Shown: positions 62,758 to 64,000 of the stretch, piece by piece
How positions within the stretch are numbered: position 1 is the first letter of the stretch
How the letters are laid out: every line of letters begins with the position of its first letter
Assembly: GCF_006345805.1 (NCBI RefSeq)
Contig: NC_043005.1
Span: 14,632,001 to 14,696,000 of the forward strand
Length of the DNA stretch: 64,000 bases
Reading direction: 5' to 3'
From: Octopus sinensis
Taxonomy: Eukaryota
Translations under genes and position numbers: made by a program
Notes under the pieces: model-generated
Told to the model about the DNA's origin: nothing
The model's database searches: none
What the model saw: only the letters and a program-made list of their open reading frames with translations

Positions 62758-63730
62758 ACATCATCATCATCATGAATATCTAACATCCACTGTCTATGCT
62801 GGCATGGGTGGACAGTTTGACCAGGGTTGGTAAGCTGGAAGGCTGCACCAGACTCCAGTCTGATTTGGCATGGTTTTCTGCAGCTGGATGCTTTTCCTAA
62901 CACCAACCACTCCAAGAGTGTAAATGGATGTTTTTATGTGCCACCGGCATAGGTGCTATTTGCATGACACCAGTATGTGCCATGACTGTGATTTTACTTA
63001 GCTTGATGGTTCTTCTTCTCAAGTACAACGTAATGCCAAAGGTCTTGATCACGGTGTCCTTGAGGCTCAACACTTAAAAGGAGCTTTTCACGTGCCACCG
63101 GCATCAGCCACTTTGCCTCTGTGAGGCCCAACATTTGAAAGGTGCACTTTATGTGCCATCAGCTATGACTATGATTTCACTTAGCTTGATGGGCTTTCTC
63201 AAGCACAGCATAATGCCAAAGGTCTCAGTCACCAGTCATTGCCTCTGTGAGGCTTAAAGTTCAAAGAGCATGCTTCACCACCTCATCCCATGTCTTCTTG
63301 TGTCTACCTCTACCACAAGTTCCCTCTGCAGTTAGAGACTGACACCTCTTTACACAGCTATCCTCATCCACATGCATCACATGGCCATACCATCACTGTC
63401 ATCTCTCTTGGACACCACACTTGATGCCTCTTATACCCAACTTTTCTCTCAAGATGCTTGCACTCTGTTGAACATGCACACAAACATTGTACATCCAGCA
63501 AAGCATACTGGCTTCATTTCTTTCAAACCAACGCATGTCCTCAGCTGTCACAGCTCATGTTTCACTGCCATAGCATAGCTGGTCGCACACAGGCATCATA
63601 CAATCTGCCTTTCTCTTAAAGAGAGAGGCCTTTTGTTGCCAGTAGAGGCAAGAGCTCTCTGAAATTTTCCCAGCCTATTCTTATTCTTATAGCTACACTT
63701 TTCAGCATCCACCTCTGCTACTAACTTGGT
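62758..63730 (-). mobile_element. 5'-truncated RTE LINE (RT C-terminus + 3' UTR)
   Basis: RIRIGWENFRELLPLLATKGLSLREKGRLYDACVRPAMLYGSETW; tail at 62758-62950. Confidence 0.8.
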
Positions 63731-64000
63731 CACCTTGATAACGGAAGCTTATACCAATGGCAGTTTATTTACTGTACCTTTTTGGTGTTTATTGTACCTG
63801 TGTGTCTTCCACACACACAATGGCTATTTACCCTGTTAACCCTCCTCTGATATTGCTGCACCTCTTATATGTCCATAGTTTATTATTGCCATGATGCCTT
63901 TAGGTGCAAAAACTAAGCTTTTCTTTTTGTTTGGCATCACTTCTTACAAACTGATTGGCTGGAAAAATGTCAGTAGACTTTATAATAGAGTCAAGGAATA

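Overview
AT-rich, repeat-dominated animal genomic DNA. The SINE and RTE-tail families and the abundant (TA)n/(CATA)n/(CA)n tracts suggest a cephalopod, probably Octopus (inference). Most of the window is transposon debris, often nested: tRNA-derived SINEs, RTE, R4/Dong-like and CR1/L2-like LINE remnants, Penelope-like element (PLE) pieces, a nearly full-length dead mariner, hAT, Chapaev-like and piggyBac-type DNA elements, and non-autonomous Helitrons. Small candidate exons of several unidentified spliced genes lie between them, on both strands; no product could be named. Two signals stand out. (1) Five distinct families of minimal type-I hammerhead ribozyme motifs: one inside a tRNA-headed SINE with a fold-back head, three with non-canonical cores (CCGACGA, CUGUNGA, UUGAUAA), several embedded in (TA)n or in or beside long palindromes. 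(2) A 21-unit modular array of palindromic repeats that looks like CRISPR but is an expanded RTE-LINE 3' UTR. No database search or folding program was run; coordinates of degenerate elements are approximate.
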